This document shows positions 46,577 through 56,540 of a DNA stretch of 64,000 bases, one piece after another. Positions within the stretch are counted from its first letter, which is position 1; the number at the start of each line of letters is the position of its first letter. Position numbers and translations under genes: made by a program. The notes beneath the pieces are model-generated. The model saw only the letters and a program-made list of their open reading frames with translations, made no database searches and was not told where the DNA came from. The DNA comes from Rhodobiaceae bacterium (GTDB lineage Bacteria > Pseudomonadota > Alphaproteobacteria > Rhizobiales > Tepidamorphaceae): positions 6,208-70,207 of the forward strand of contig JAGRLC010000003.1 in assembly GCA_020441995.1 (NCBI GenBank), read 5' to 3'.

Positions 46577-47802
46577 TGGAAACCCGCGCGAGTCCCTTCA
46601 TTGTCGGCCTGTTCACGCTGGGCACACTGTTTGCCCTGATTGCGTTCACCTACTGGTATTCCCGGTTCGGAGAAGGCGGACCGGAGCAGACCTACCGTGT
46701 CGTGTTCGCGGACGAGGTGACCGGTCTTGGCGTCGGTGCGCCGGTGCTGTTCAACGGTATCAAGGTCGGCTCCGTGGAAGACATGGGACTTGCGCCCGAT
46801 GATCCGACGCAGATCGTTGCCCGGATCACGGTTGGCGCGGCTACTCCCGTTCGCGTCGATACGCGCGCCCAGATACAGAGCCAGGGTTTTACCGGCGTAC
46901 CGTTCATCCAGCTCATCAGCGGCCGGCCCGACGCGCCGGAACTGACGCAGGCCTGGGGCGGTGAAGGCGCTCCGATCATCTATGCCGATGCCTCGACGGT
47001 GCAGAGCATCATCGACCGTGCGCAGTCGCTGATGACCAAGCTCGATACCGCCGTGACCCGTGTGGACGACATCCTTGCGGGCAACCAGGCGGGCATCAAC
47101 AATTCGATCCGCAACATCGAGAAGTTTTCCGCTGCGCTGGCCGAGCGTTCAGACGCGATCGGCTCGTTCATGGACGATGCCGCGGCCGTGGCCCGGCGGC
47201 TCAATGCGCTGGGCGAGAAGCTGGAAACGCTTTCGACCTCGCTTCAGGAGCGGCTGGATGTGATCAGTCCTGATTCCGTGCGCCAGACGGTCGAAAACGT
47301 GAAGACATTCACCGCCGGGCTGGCTGACCAGACAGACGAACTGAAAGCCTTTATCAGCGACGCCGGCGCCGCGGCGAAGCAGCTTGCCGCAATTGCCGAC
47401 AAGATCGATCCGGTGGCCATTGAATCGAGCATAAAGAACATCGAATCCTTCACCAGTTCGCTTGGCGGGCGTGAAGAACAGATCGCGAAGTTCTTCGATG
47501 ACGCGTCGGCCGTCGCGGCCCAGTTCCGCGAAACCTCCAAGCGCATCGACGGCATCGTGTCCGGTTTCTCCGAAAGCGAGGGCGGCAGCCTGATCACCGA
47601 AGTGACGGCGGCCGCGAAGTCTTTCCGCAAGCTGTCGGATCAGCTTTCGGGCAAGGGACTTCGCAACCTGGAATCTCTTGTTAATGATGGTCGCCGTACA
47701 CTTGCGACCATTGATCGTGTAATGAATAGCATCGAGCGCAATCCGGGCAGGTTCCTGACTGGAGGGTCGCAGGTGCGTGAATCGGGTGGCAACCGGCGTT
47801 GA
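46576..47802 (+). CDS. mlaD: MlaD/MCE family protein with long helical extension
   Basis: N-terminal TM, 'V.GL..G.PV.FNGI.VG.V' MCE motif and a long coiled coil ending 'RNP.RFL.G'. Confidence 0.88.
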   Translation: METRASPFIVGLFTLGTLFALIAFTYWYSRFGEGGPEQTYRVVFADEVTGLGVGAPVLFNGIKVGSVEDMGLAPDDPTQIVARITVGAATPVRVDTRAQIQSQGFTGVPFIQLISGRPDAPELTQAWGGEGAPIIYADASTVQSIIDRAQSLMTKLDTAVTRVDDILAGNQAGINNSIRNIEKFSAALAERSDAIGSFMDDAAAVARRLNALGEKLETLSTSLQERLDVISPDSVRQTVENVKTFTAGLADQTDELKAFISDAGAAAKQLAAIADKIDPVAIESSIKNIESFTSSLGGREEQIAKFFDDASAVAAQFRETSKRIDGIVSGFSESEGGSLITEVTAAAKSFRKLSDQLSGKGLRNLESLVNDGRRTLATIDRVMNSIERNPGRFLTGGSQVRESGGNRR

Positions 47803-47871
47803 CTCATGAAGCCGTGCATTGTCTAAGCTACCGCAACGTCTGCGGAACAAGAGTCCGGTTGGGGGCGAAGT

Positions 47872-48459
47872 ATGATTGGTCGTAGAAGCATAGGCGCGAT
47901 TGCGGCATGCTTTCTGCTGGCTGGCTGTGCCGTCGTGCAGGGCCCGCCGCCGGAGACCTATGACCTGACGGCGCCGCGCGATTTCTCCGGCAAGGTCGGC
48001 GGTACCCGCGCCCAGCTCCTGATCGCCAATCCCAGTTCCGTTAGCGTTCTGGACAGCGAACGCATCGTTGTGCGGCCCGATCCGTACGTCGTTACCTATC
48101 TGAAGGGCGCGCAGTGGACCGACAAGTTGCCGAAGCTGCTGCAGACGCGCATCGTTCAGGCCTTTGAGAACACCGGAAATGTCCGCGCCGTCGGGCGTCC
48201 GGGCGAGGGGCTGCTGATCGATTATCAGGTTGTGCTGGATATCCGTAATTTCGAGATCGACAGCTCAAGCGGGACGGCCCAAGTCCTCATCTCGGCCAAG
48301 ATCATGAACGACCGTAATGGCCGTGTGCTGGCCTCGCAGCAGATCGGCGGCCAGGCCTCGATCAATGGCGGCGGCAATGACGAGATGGTCGCTGCGCTGG
48401 ATTCAGCGTCGCAGGCCGCCATCGATCAGCTCGTCCGCTGGACGCTGGCAAAGATCTGA
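47872..48459 (+). CDS. ABC-type transport auxiliary lipoprotein (PqiC-like)
   Basis: Lipobox 'LLAGC', 'YDL', 'AQW.D' and 'IR.FE' motifs. Last gene of the MCE operon. Confidence 0.85.
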   Translation: MIGRRSIGAIAACFLLAGCAVVQGPPPETYDLTAPRDFSGKVGGTRAQLLIANPSSVSVLDSERIVVRPDPYVVTYLKGAQWTDKLPKLLQTRIVQAFENTGNVRAVGRPGEGLLIDYQVVLDIRNFEIDSSSGTAQVLISAKIMNDRNGRVLASQQIGGQASINGGGNDEMVAALDSASQAAIDQLVRWTLAKI

Positions 48460-48546
48460 CGGCTGTCCGTTCAAGGGCGTCATTCTCCTTTCCATTCGAT
48501 TAGACCGTGCGTTGGCTCTGGCCAGCGTCGGGCTTTGCCAGCCATG

Positions 48547-48577
48547 AAAAAACCCGCCCCTTTTGTGAAGGGGCGGG
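48547..48577 (-). terminator. Rho-independent terminator of gpr/rgsE
   Basis: On the minus strand: CCCGCCCCTT-CACAA-AAGGGGCGGG-TTTTTT. Confidence 0.85.
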
Positions 48578-48670
48578 CCAATCGGTCTTTCTGGAGGTAT
48601 ATGCGCCCTTGCCGGGCGACTGGTGTTGTTTGACGCCGGGGGCTTTGCCGCCCCTGCTTTATCCTTGCGG

Positions 48671-51600
48671 TCAGGCCGTGCGGCCTGTCACCTCGGCGAG
48701 CATGGCGAAGACCTTGCTCGGTTCGGAGGTGAGGTACATCTGACGCATCGTGCCGTCGTGGTCCTGGGCCGCGATTTCGCCGAGCAGGCCCTCGAACTCG
48801 TCCATGTAGCGGTCAACCGCTGAACGCAGTTCGTTGTCGGAACGGTACTTGCGGCGCAACTCGTCCATGACCCCGTTGTCGCGGCGGGCATAGAGACGGC
48901 GCACGAAGATATCGCGGTCGCCACGGCGGTAGCGCTCGTAGAGCTCGGCATAGGAGCCGTCATTGAGAGCGCGAACGATATCCACGGCGGTTGCGTTCAG
49001 CGTTTCGAGAATGTGTGCCGGATTGCGCGGTGCGTGCGTGGGCTCGGCGCGCTGTTCCTCACGGTGAAGCCGTCCGAGCGTGTCGGCCAGCGGTTGGCGC
49101 TCACGGGCCGGAGGCGGCGGGGCTGCTGCCTCGGTGCGGCGCGGCGCGACGGGAGCGGCGGACGCGGAAGCGTATTCGCGGCTGCTGGGAACGCGGACAG
49201 GCTCACGGGCCGGCTGGCGCGCGGCAGGGCGCTCGGAGGCTGACGCCGAAGACGCAACCGTGCGCTGCGGCGGGGTTGCAACATCGAGGTTGCGGCCATG
49301 GCGCGTGACGATGTCGGAAAGCTCGTTCAGGGCCTTGACCTGATCCGACACGGCGCGGCGCATGGCTTTCGAGCTGTCGGTGACCTCGCGCGGCAGATCC
49401 ATGGCACCGCGCTGCAGTTCGTTGCGGGTCAGTTCCAGCTCCTCGATCATCTCGCGGGCGGCCTTGCGCATGGCATCGCCTGATTCCGCCAGACGGCCTG
49501 TTGCGGCGCCAACGAGATCGGCGATTTCCTGGCTTGCGCTCTCGTAGTTCGAGCGCACGGTCGAAGCGGCGCGGCTCGATTCACGGTCGGCCGCTTCGGT
49601 AAGATCGCGCAGATGCGCCGTAATCACGTCGGCTGAGTTGTCGGCGGCCTGGGCGAGGGTGTTGCGGATTTCCTCGGCAGAGGCGCGGACGCGATCAAGC
49701 TGCGAGACAACGGCATCGGCCGAAGTGATCGTGCGCTCGCTGATCGTGTCGGCGGCTTCCTCGCTGGCGCGGCGCAGGACTTCGATCTCCTGCTGGGCCT
49801 GCTGAACGGAAGCGGTGGCACGGTCGCCAACGCTGCGGGCAACTTCCTCGGCGGTTTCGCGAAGGGCCGCGATTTCCGCCAGAAGCTGATCGTTGGTGGA
49901 CTTGGCGCGTTCGCCGACGAGATCGGCGACGGAAGCGGCTGTGTCCTGAAGCGAGGTGATCTCGCCAAGCAGGCGGTCGCTTGCCATACGGGCGCGATCG
50001 CCGACCGCATCGGCAACCGAACCCGCAGCCTGTTCCATGGCGGCGATTTCGGCGGTGACCCGGTCCGCGGCTTCGCGTGCGCTTGCGCCGATCCGGTCGG
50101 ACAGCGCTGCCGCGTTCTGTTCCATGGCGGCGATTTCGGCGTTGATCCGCTCAGCGGCTTCGCGGGCACGCATGGCCACATTGTCGGAAGACGATCCGGC
50201 GGTGTTCTCGATGGAGGCAAGCTCGCTTGCCAGCGCATCGCGCGCATCGCGCGCGGCGTCGGCGATGCGGCCCGCGATCATCTCGGCGGTGCCTTCCATC
50301 GCGGCGATTTCAGCGGCAACGCTGTGTCCGGTCTGCTTGGCGACATCGGCGATGCGCGAGGAGAGCGAACCGGCGGTGCCGTCCATTTCCGCCATCTCCG
50401 CAACAACCTTGCTGGCGGCCTGCTTGGCGGCTTCGGAAACGCGGCTGGCAACGGTGCCGGCAGCCTCTTCCATGGTGGTCATCTCGCCGAAGATGCGGTC
50501 GCTGGTGAGCTTCGCGATCTCCTCGATCTTGCCTGTCGTGTCGCCAGCGGCATCCTGCAGCGCCATAAGCTGGCTGCGCAGGGTCTCGCTTGCCGACTTC
50601 GTGACATTGGCAAAACGCTCGGTGACTTCGCTGGCGGAGCCTTCCATGCGCGCGATCTGTTCGGCGATGGCTTCGCTTGCCGACTTGGCCTTCTCGCCAA
50701 CGAAGTCGGCGGTGGCTTCCGTACGGCTGCGGACCTGCTCGAGCTGGTCGAGAGCCGTCTGCGCGGATTCCGCGGTGTTCTTGCCCATGGTCTCGCCGAT
50801 TTCGCGGGCGCGGGTTTCGGCGGCGGTGAGGGCATCCTCGACCAGGCTCTTGTAGGTTTGCATGATCGCATCGACATCGCGGGCCGTGCCGGACACGGAG
50901 GCGGCCAGGGCCTCGAGCTTTTCACGGCGCTCGTCAATGTTGATGTCGATCTGCGAGTCCGCGTCGGAAAGCTGCAGAATGGTCTTCTCGAGCGCAGCGC
51001 GCTGCGTGTCGAAGTGGACGCCAAGCTCGGAGAGGTCGCCGAGCATCTTCGAGGTGGTCGTCTCGAGCAGGGAAACCTGCGATTCGATGCGGCGGTTCGA
51101 GCTTTCGCCAACCTCGATGGCCGCATCCAGAGCGGTGCGGAACTGGGTGACCTGTTCGGTCAGGTTGGTCTCGATGTTGGCCAGGTTGTGGCTGGCGCCG
51201 GAGAGAACCTCGCGCAGGACGCTGTTCGACTGGGTGAGGCGCTCGAAGATCGACTCGACCTTTGTTGAAAGCTCGTTGCTGGTCGCGGTGACTTCCTCGA
51301 CCATGCGGCTGGTGTGGACCTCGATGGCGCGCACGGCGACCTCGCCGGTCTCGGTCAGCTTGTTGGTAACGTCAAGGCCTTCGCGGGCAATGGCCTGCGC
51401 GGCCTGGCCGCCCTTGAGCTCGACGGCTGCCCCGATCGCATCGGTGGCGCGGCCAACGACTTCCTCGAGCGTCTGGCGGTGAACCTCGATACCGGAAATC
51501 AGCGCGTCATTGGTGCGTTCGGCGGTGTCCGCCAGCAGGCGCTGATGCTCGTCGATGCCCGACATAAGGGTCTCGCCGGCCTTGCCAACAGCGGCGGTGA

Positions 51601-53944
51601 GGGCGTTGAGCTGTTCGTCGACGCCGGTCGTGAGGACTTCGCTGCTGCGGGTGAACGTGTTTTCCAGGTTCTCGCGGCGGGATTCCAGGTCGGCGATCAG
51701 CTTGTCGCCGCGCACGCCCAGCGTCGTCTCGACGCCGGCGACGCCCGCCGCCAGGGTTTCCGTCAGCTTGGTGACGCGGTTCGCCAGCGACTTGTCGAGT
51801 TCGACGCCGCGCTCCTCCAGCAGGGAGCGGATTTCGCTGAGGCGCATGTCGAGCGTCTGGTCGATGATGAGCGCGCGCTCCGCGACCGAATTGGTGAAGC
51901 TTTCGGTGCGTTCTGCCAGCGTGCTTTCAACAGCCTTGGTGCGGGCATGCAGCGTTTCGTCGATGGCCTTGGAGCGTTCCTCCATGGCGCGGATAAGGGA
52001 CATGGCGCTGTCGTTGATGCGGGTTCCAAGACCGCCCGCGTTGTCGTCGACGGACTGGATCAGGGCGGCAGCCTGTTCACGCATCTGGCCGGTGATCGCG
52101 TCGGTGCGCTCGACCATGGTCGAGATCACCTCGTCGGAGCGGATGGTCAGGGAGTCGCTGACCGCATCGCTGGTGTGCTGGATGGCGGCCACCATCTCGT
52201 CGGCGCGTGCGTTGAGCGTCCGGTCGAGATCGGCAGTGTGTGTCTGCAACGTGTTGGAGAGCGCGCCATTATGCGTCTGCAACGTCTGGTCCAGAACCTC
52301 GGTCTGGGCACGCATGGCATCGGAAATGTCGCTGGTGTGGGCGGACAGCGTTTCTGTCAGCTCCTGGCCGCGGACGTTCAGCAGTTCGTGCGTCATGTTC
52401 AGCGTCGCGCCAAGCATGTCGTTCACTTCCGCACCGCGGGTGACGATGGCATCGACGGCGCGCGAACCCGTTTCGCTAAGCGCCGTGTTGACGGCCTCGC
52501 CACGCGACGTGATCGCGCGGGCAACCTCGGCGGAAATGGTGCCAAGCTGCTCGACATAGTCGGCGGCGCGGACGGCTGCTTCGCTGGTCAGGGTATCGCT
52601 GGCCTGGGTCAGGCGCTCGACCAGTTCGTTGCCGCCAACGATGACGGACTGGTGCATCTGCTCGCCCGCGGTGTCGAGACGAACGGCAATCTCATTGCCG
52701 GCTGTCGCGATCTGGTCGGCGATCGAAAGGCCAACTGCGGAGAAATCCTCGCCGATGCGGTTAGTCTGCTCATTGAGCGAGGCAACCAGCTTCTCGCCGC
52801 TGCTGACAAGCTGCTCGTCAATGCGGCCGGCCTGATCCACCATGTCCTGGATGATCGTTTCGCCAGTGGTGTTCAGCGCCTCGGCGATCTGGTTGCGGCC
52901 TTCGCTGATGCGATGGATATAGCTCTCGCTCTGCTCGGTCAGCGATGTCACCAGCTGCTCGCTTGTCGTGGCAAGCTTCTGGGAAATCTCAGTGGACCGG
53001 GTTTCGAGCGCTTCTCCGACTTCGCTGCCCGCATCGAGAACGGACTTGGCCAGATTGTCCGATACACCCTTGATCTGTTCGGACAGATCGGAATGGGCTC
53101 CCAGCAGGGCTTCGCGCAGGAGGTCGGCATTGCCGATGATCGCCTCGCGCTCGCTCTTGAGCTGGTCGAGCAGGCTGCGCATGCGCTGCTCGTTTTCGTG
53201 GTAGGCGGTTTCAAGCTCGGTGACTTCGTTGTGAACCGAGGATTCAAGCTCGTTGGCGCGGGCAAGGGCCCGCTCGACGCCGTCGCCCATGGCGGACACT
53301 TCACGGCGGATCGCCTGGCCAATGGTGGAGACCGATTCAATGGCGGTCGATTCCGGTTCGGCAAGGCGCAGGGCGACCTCGGCCAGCGTGCGGCCGGCGA
53401 GTTTCATGTCCTGCGCGCGCCAGACCATCAGGCCGATGGCAAAGAACAAGAAGACGGGGACAGCGATCGCGGCATAAACAGCGATCATACCCGGCTGGGC
53501 ACGCACGATGCTCGGATTGGTGACCTCGAACAGGCTCGGGCCATACAGGCCCAGACCTATAACGATACCAATGAAGGCCCAGACGGCGCCAAGCAGACCG
53601 GCAACCATGAAGGGCGCCGAGGAGGGGCGCCGCTGGAGGCGGTAAAGCAGCGTTTCGAGGCTGGGGCGGTCGTCGTTGGCCGCGGCGATGCCGCCAATCG
53701 GCGCATCGTCGGAATCGGTCAGGGCGCGGGCGAACTCGTCGAGAGCCGCTTCCTCGCCGCTTTTCTTCGCGGCAGGCTTTTTCCTGGACTCGCCGGATTT
53801 TTTGTCACTGCTCGCGCCGGAGCCGAAATTCGGCTCCTTGCGGTCTGAAGAAGACTCTTCGCCAATGACATCTTCGTCGAGATCAAGCGCTCGTTCGACC
53901 GCCGACATGGCCGCTTCGGAGGTCGTGTTGCGTTTGTTCGCCAT
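48671..53944 (-). CDS. rgsE: Growth pole ring protein GPR/RgsE-like (2 TM plus very long apolipoprotein-like helical repeats)
   Basis: 1757 aa. N-terminal 'AANDD', two TM segments, 'RLAEPE' and 'RREV..MGDGVERA..RA.ELE'. Conserved C-terminus 'RY.RG....F.RRLY...Y..D......VDRY...FE.LL...YLTS...KV..ML....GR'. Confidence 0.8.
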   Translation of the reverse strand: MANKRNTTSEAAMSAVERALDLDEDVIGEESSSDRKEPNFGSGASSDKKSGESRKKPAAKKSGEEAALDEFARALTDSDDAPIGGIAAANDDRPSLETLLYRLQRRPSSAPFMVAGLLGAVWAFIGIVIGLGLYGPSLFEVTNPSIVRAQPGMIAVYAAIAVPVFLFFAIGLMVWRAQDMKLAGRTLAEVALRLAEPESTAIESVSTIGQAIRREVSAMGDGVERALARANELESSVHNEVTELETAYHENEQRMRSLLDQLKSEREAIIGNADLLREALLGAHSDLSEQIKGVSDNLAKSVLDAGSEVGEALETRSTEISQKLATTSEQLVTSLTEQSESYIHRISEGRNQIAEALNTTGETIIQDMVDQAGRIDEQLVSSGEKLVASLNEQTNRIGEDFSAVGLSIADQIATAGNEIAVRLDTAGEQMHQSVIVGGNELVERLTQASDTLTSEAAVRAADYVEQLGTISAEVARAITSRGEAVNTALSETGSRAVDAIVTRGAEVNDMLGATLNMTHELLNVRGQELTETLSAHTSDISDAMRAQTEVLDQTLQTHNGALSNTLQTHTADLDRTLNARADEMVAAIQHTSDAVSDSLTIRSDEVISTMVERTDAITGQMREQAAALIQSVDDNAGGLGTRINDSAMSLIRAMEERSKAIDETLHARTKAVESTLAERTESFTNSVAERALIIDQTLDMRLSEIRSLLEERGVELDKSLANRVTKLTETLAAGVAGVETTLGVRGDKLIADLESRRENLENTFTRSSEVLTTGVDEQLNALTAAVGKAGETLMSGIDEHQRLLADTAERTNDALISGIEVHRQTLEEVVGRATDAIGAAVELKGGQAAQAIAREGLDVTNKLTETGEVAVRAIEVHTSRMVEEVTATSNELSTKVESIFERLTQSNSVLREVLSGASHNLANIETNLTEQVTQFRTALDAAIEVGESSNRRIESQVSLLETTTSKMLGDLSELGVHFDTQRAALEKTILQLSDADSQIDINIDERREKLEALAASVSGTARDVDAIMQTYKSLVEDALTAAETRAREIGETMGKNTAESAQTALDQLEQVRSRTEATADFVGEKAKSASEAIAEQIARMEGSASEVTERFANVTKSASETLRSQLMALQDAAGDTTGKIEEIAKLTSDRIFGEMTTMEEAAGTVASRVSEAAKQAASKVVAEMAEMDGTAGSLSSRIADVAKQTGHSVAAEIAAMEGTAEMIAGRIADAARDARDALASELASIENTAGSSSDNVAMRAREAAERINAEIAAMEQNAAALSDRIGASAREAADRVTAEIAAMEQAAGSVADAVGDRARMASDRLLGEITSLQDTAASVADLVGERAKSTNDQLLAEIAALRETAEEVARSVGDRATASVQQAQQEIEVLRRASEEAADTISERTITSADAVVSQLDRVRASAEEIRNTLAQAADNSADVITAHLRDLTEAADRESSRAASTVRSNYESASQEIADLVGAATGRLAESGDAMRKAAREMIEELELTRNELQRGAMDLPREVTDSSKAMRRAVSDQVKALNELSDIVTRHGRNLDVATPPQRTVASSASASERPAARQPAREPVRVPSSREYASASAAPVAPRRTEAAAPPPPARERQPLADTLGRLHREEQRAEPTHAPRNPAHILETLNATAVDIVRALNDGSYAELYERYRRGDRDIFVRRLYARRDNGVMDELRRKYRSDNELRSAVDRYMDEFEGLLGEIAAQDHDGTMRQMYLTSEPSKVFAMLAEVTGRTA
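49550..50767 (-). repeat. 14 tandem degenerate 87-bp (29-aa) coding repeats within gpr/rgsE
   Basis: Units such as AAERINAEIAAMEQNAAALSDRIGASARE and AADRVTAEIAAMEQAAGSVADAVGDRARM. The span is 1218 bp, exactly 14 x 87. Confidence 0.8.
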
Positions 53945-54216
53945 CTTGGATCGCCTCGTATCCGTACTCTACGCTGGTCGGCGTCCTTACCGGGTACGCC
54001 TTACAATACTGCCGGTCTTAGCGCGGGCATTCAGGTTCAGCACATACCCAATCGGCGAAGGAAATGCATCTTCCGACCTCGCCCTTGGTAAACCAAATGC
54101 CCCGCATTGACCGTTTCCGGCCTCCTTGAACGCAGACACACTGCACCCACAAAGCCTTGCCGCCCGCGCAGTGTAGTGAGAAAGTTGTCTTTAGAGAAGC
54201 GCGAAGGGTAAGGCTG

Positions 54217-54232
54217 TTAATTTATCGTTAAC
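54217..54232. promoter_or_regulatory. CtrA box
   Basis: TTAA-TTTATCG-TTAAC, a perfect TTAA-N7-TTAA, in the divergent region between gpr/rgsE and the small ORF. Confidence 0.75.
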
Positions 54233-54280
54233 GGCGATCAACCCTGCAAATGCGCCTGATCCGTGCTGGGTGGGGTTGTC

Positions 54281-54565
54281 ATGGTGTCTGAACAGGTAAA
54301 ATCCTCGGTATCCACCGGCAAAGGCGGACAATCGTCTGCCCAGCCGAGCGAGGCACAATTGAACTGGCTGCGGATGGGATTGGAGCAGCCTGGTGGAAAA
54401 CTGCCGCTTTTCGACAGGCAAGGCCAGCGAATCGACAAGCGGACCGTGCGCGCCTGCCTTGCCAATGGCTGGGCCGAACCCTGGGTTCCAAACCCCATCA
54501 AGCCCGACTGGGAAGTCTGCAAGCTCAGCGAGGCCGGCCGCAAGCTTCTCGGCAAAGGCAATTAA
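54281..54565 (+). CDS. Small conserved hypothetical protein (winged-helix-like)
   Basis: 'WL..GL.QPGGKLPLFD..GQ.I..RT..AC...GWAEPW..NP.KPDW.VCKL...GR' looks like a conserved alphaproteobacterial family. Confidence 0.75.
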   Translation: MVSEQVKSSVSTGKGGQSSAQPSEAQLNWLRMGLEQPGGKLPLFDRQGQRIDKRTVRACLANGWAEPWVPNPIKPDWEVCKLSEAGRKLLGKGN

Positions 54566-54640
54566 TCTACTGGGTCATTCCAGCCGTATTAATGGGCTCT
54601 GGCTCTAATCAAGATAACCCTTCGTTGACTCTGCGTCATG

Positions 54641-54670
54641 TTAACGCTGCGTTAGCCGCGTGGCTTAACC
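54641..54670. promoter_or_regulatory. CtrA-like site upstream of the Hpt gene
   Basis: TTAA-CGCTGCG-TTAG (one mismatch) plus a TTAACC half-site at 54665. Confidence 0.5.
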
Positions 54671-54724
54671 GCATTTGCTGCAAGTCCTGCGATCATGCCT
54701 CCAGAAGAACCATTGGGGGGCCAA

Positions 54725-55159
54725 ATGGCACAGGCAGCTTTGAAACACGATTACGAGGGACCGGTCCACGGGACCATGCCGATGACTTCAGGTCATGCCG
54801 GCGAACATCACATTGACGATGGGCGCCAGATCGATCTGGTGCATCTTGCGCGCCAGACGCTTGGGGACGTGGAACTGGAGCGCGAGGTGCTGAGCCTCTT
54901 CGTCGTCCAGAGCCAGGTTTATCTGCTGCGTTTGCAGGCAGCCGAAAATGCCGCCGACTGGAAACGTGCCGCGCATACGCTGAAAGGTTCGGCGCGCGGC
55001 ATCGGCGCATGGCAACTGGCCGAGGCCGCGGAAGCGGCGGAGGCGCTGGGCGGCGAGATCCACGATGCGGCGCATCGCAACGCGGTCGACATGATGCTGC
55101 TTAAGGTATGCGCGACGAACGCCTGTGTGCGGCAGATCTTCGACGAACAGGCTGACTGA
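54725..55159 (+). CDS. Stand-alone Hpt domain protein
   Basis: 'ID..HL..QT.GD..LE.EVL.LF' and 'AHTLKGSARGIGA' with the phospho-His. Confidence 0.88.
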   Translation: MAQAALKHDYEGPVHGTMPMTSGHAGEHHIDDGRQIDLVHLARQTLGDVELEREVLSLFVVQSQVYLLRLQAAENAADWKRAAHTLKGSARGIGAWQLAEAAEAAEALGGEIHDAAHRNAVDMMLLKVCATNACVRQIFDEQAD

Positions 55160-55181
55160 AGCTTCCCGAAGGGGACAATGA

Positions 55182-55622
<441 letters not shown>

Positions 55623-55747
55623 GCCTTACCGCCAGTTTCCCCGCGAGCCTTTTGCACACCGGTTTCAAGCCATGAAGGAATTCATGGCCAGCACGCCCTC
55701 GCAAGCGTAATCTCGCCGCCTCGTATCAGCGGTGGTTCACGAAAAAC

Positions 55748-56536
55748 ATGCATTTCATTTTCGCTGTCCTTGCCGGCATCCTTGGTGCCGCGATCGGTCT
55801 GGTTGCGGGATGGGGTGTTGGCGAGATTTTGGCCCGCGCCCTCAATGTTTCCTGTTTTGAAGGCGCTTGCGGTTACTTCGTCGCGTTAATCGCGCTGCTG
55901 GGCGGCGTTGCCGGTCTCGTCGCCGGTATTCTTGCAGTCCTGCTACGCGGGCGGCGCAAGGTGCCGCCGCATGCGGACGTTTCCTCTCTTCCCGCAGCCG
56001 AAAGCGCGCCAGCAAGACGGCATGGCTTGCGTACAACAGGGCAGTTCGTTGCCGCTATCGCCGTAATTATCGTTGCCGTGACGGGCGGCATCTGGGGCTA
56101 CGCCTGGATCAGTGACGATAGCTTGGGCGGGCACAATCAGGCTGCGCCGCAATTCCAATATGAAATCCGGTTTCCCGCCGGAACGCCGCTTCCCGAGAAG
56201 AAAGCGGCTGTCGATGTCCAGCTCTACACCGAAAAGAACCAGGCCTGGGGCGACCTTTATGACGATTGGCGGCAGCAGGATGGAGAGCGGCCAGTCATAG
56301 CGGGATTCTTCGAACTCTATTTCCGCGCAAGCACGCGCGTTCTGTCGGTCAAGCTTCCGGGCGGACCGAAGTACACGTTTATCCTCAAGCTGCCGCGTTC
56401 GCCGGGACACATGACGGGCTATTCGGACTGGTACCAGGCGGATTCAGCAGATGACGGCAGCGGCAACATGAGGCCCGTAACCGAGGCTGACGATGTGCAG
56501 ATCCGTTACCGTGTCGTCTATGCCGGCGAGGATTAG
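55748..56536 (+). CDS. Hypothetical membrane protein (3 TM plus C-terminal soluble beta domain)
   Basis: Hydrophobic segments flank 'SCFEGACGY'. Codon usage looks coding. Confidence 0.7.
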   Translation: MHFIFAVLAGILGAAIGLVAGWGVGEILARALNVSCFEGACGYFVALIALLGGVAGLVAGILAVLLRGRRKVPPHADVSSLPAAESAPARRHGLRTTGQFVAAIAVIIVAVTGGIWGYAWISDDSLGGHNQAAPQFQYEIRFPAGTPLPEKKAAVDVQLYTEKNQAWGDLYDDWRQQDGERPVIAGFFELYFRASTRVLSVKLPGGPKYTFILKLPRSPGHMTGYSDWYQADSADDGSGNMRPVTEADDVQIRYRVVYAGED

Positions 56537-56540
56537 GCCG

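Noticed and set aside
49550-50767. Possible CRISPR-like or mobile tandem repeat
   Set aside because: The repeats are degenerate, in-frame and conserved at protein level, with no identical repeats or unique spacers.
51314-53848. 844-aa plus-strand ORF antisense to gpr/rgsE
   Set aside because: Shadow ORF produced by the GC-rich codon bias of the real minus-strand gene. No recognisable motifs.
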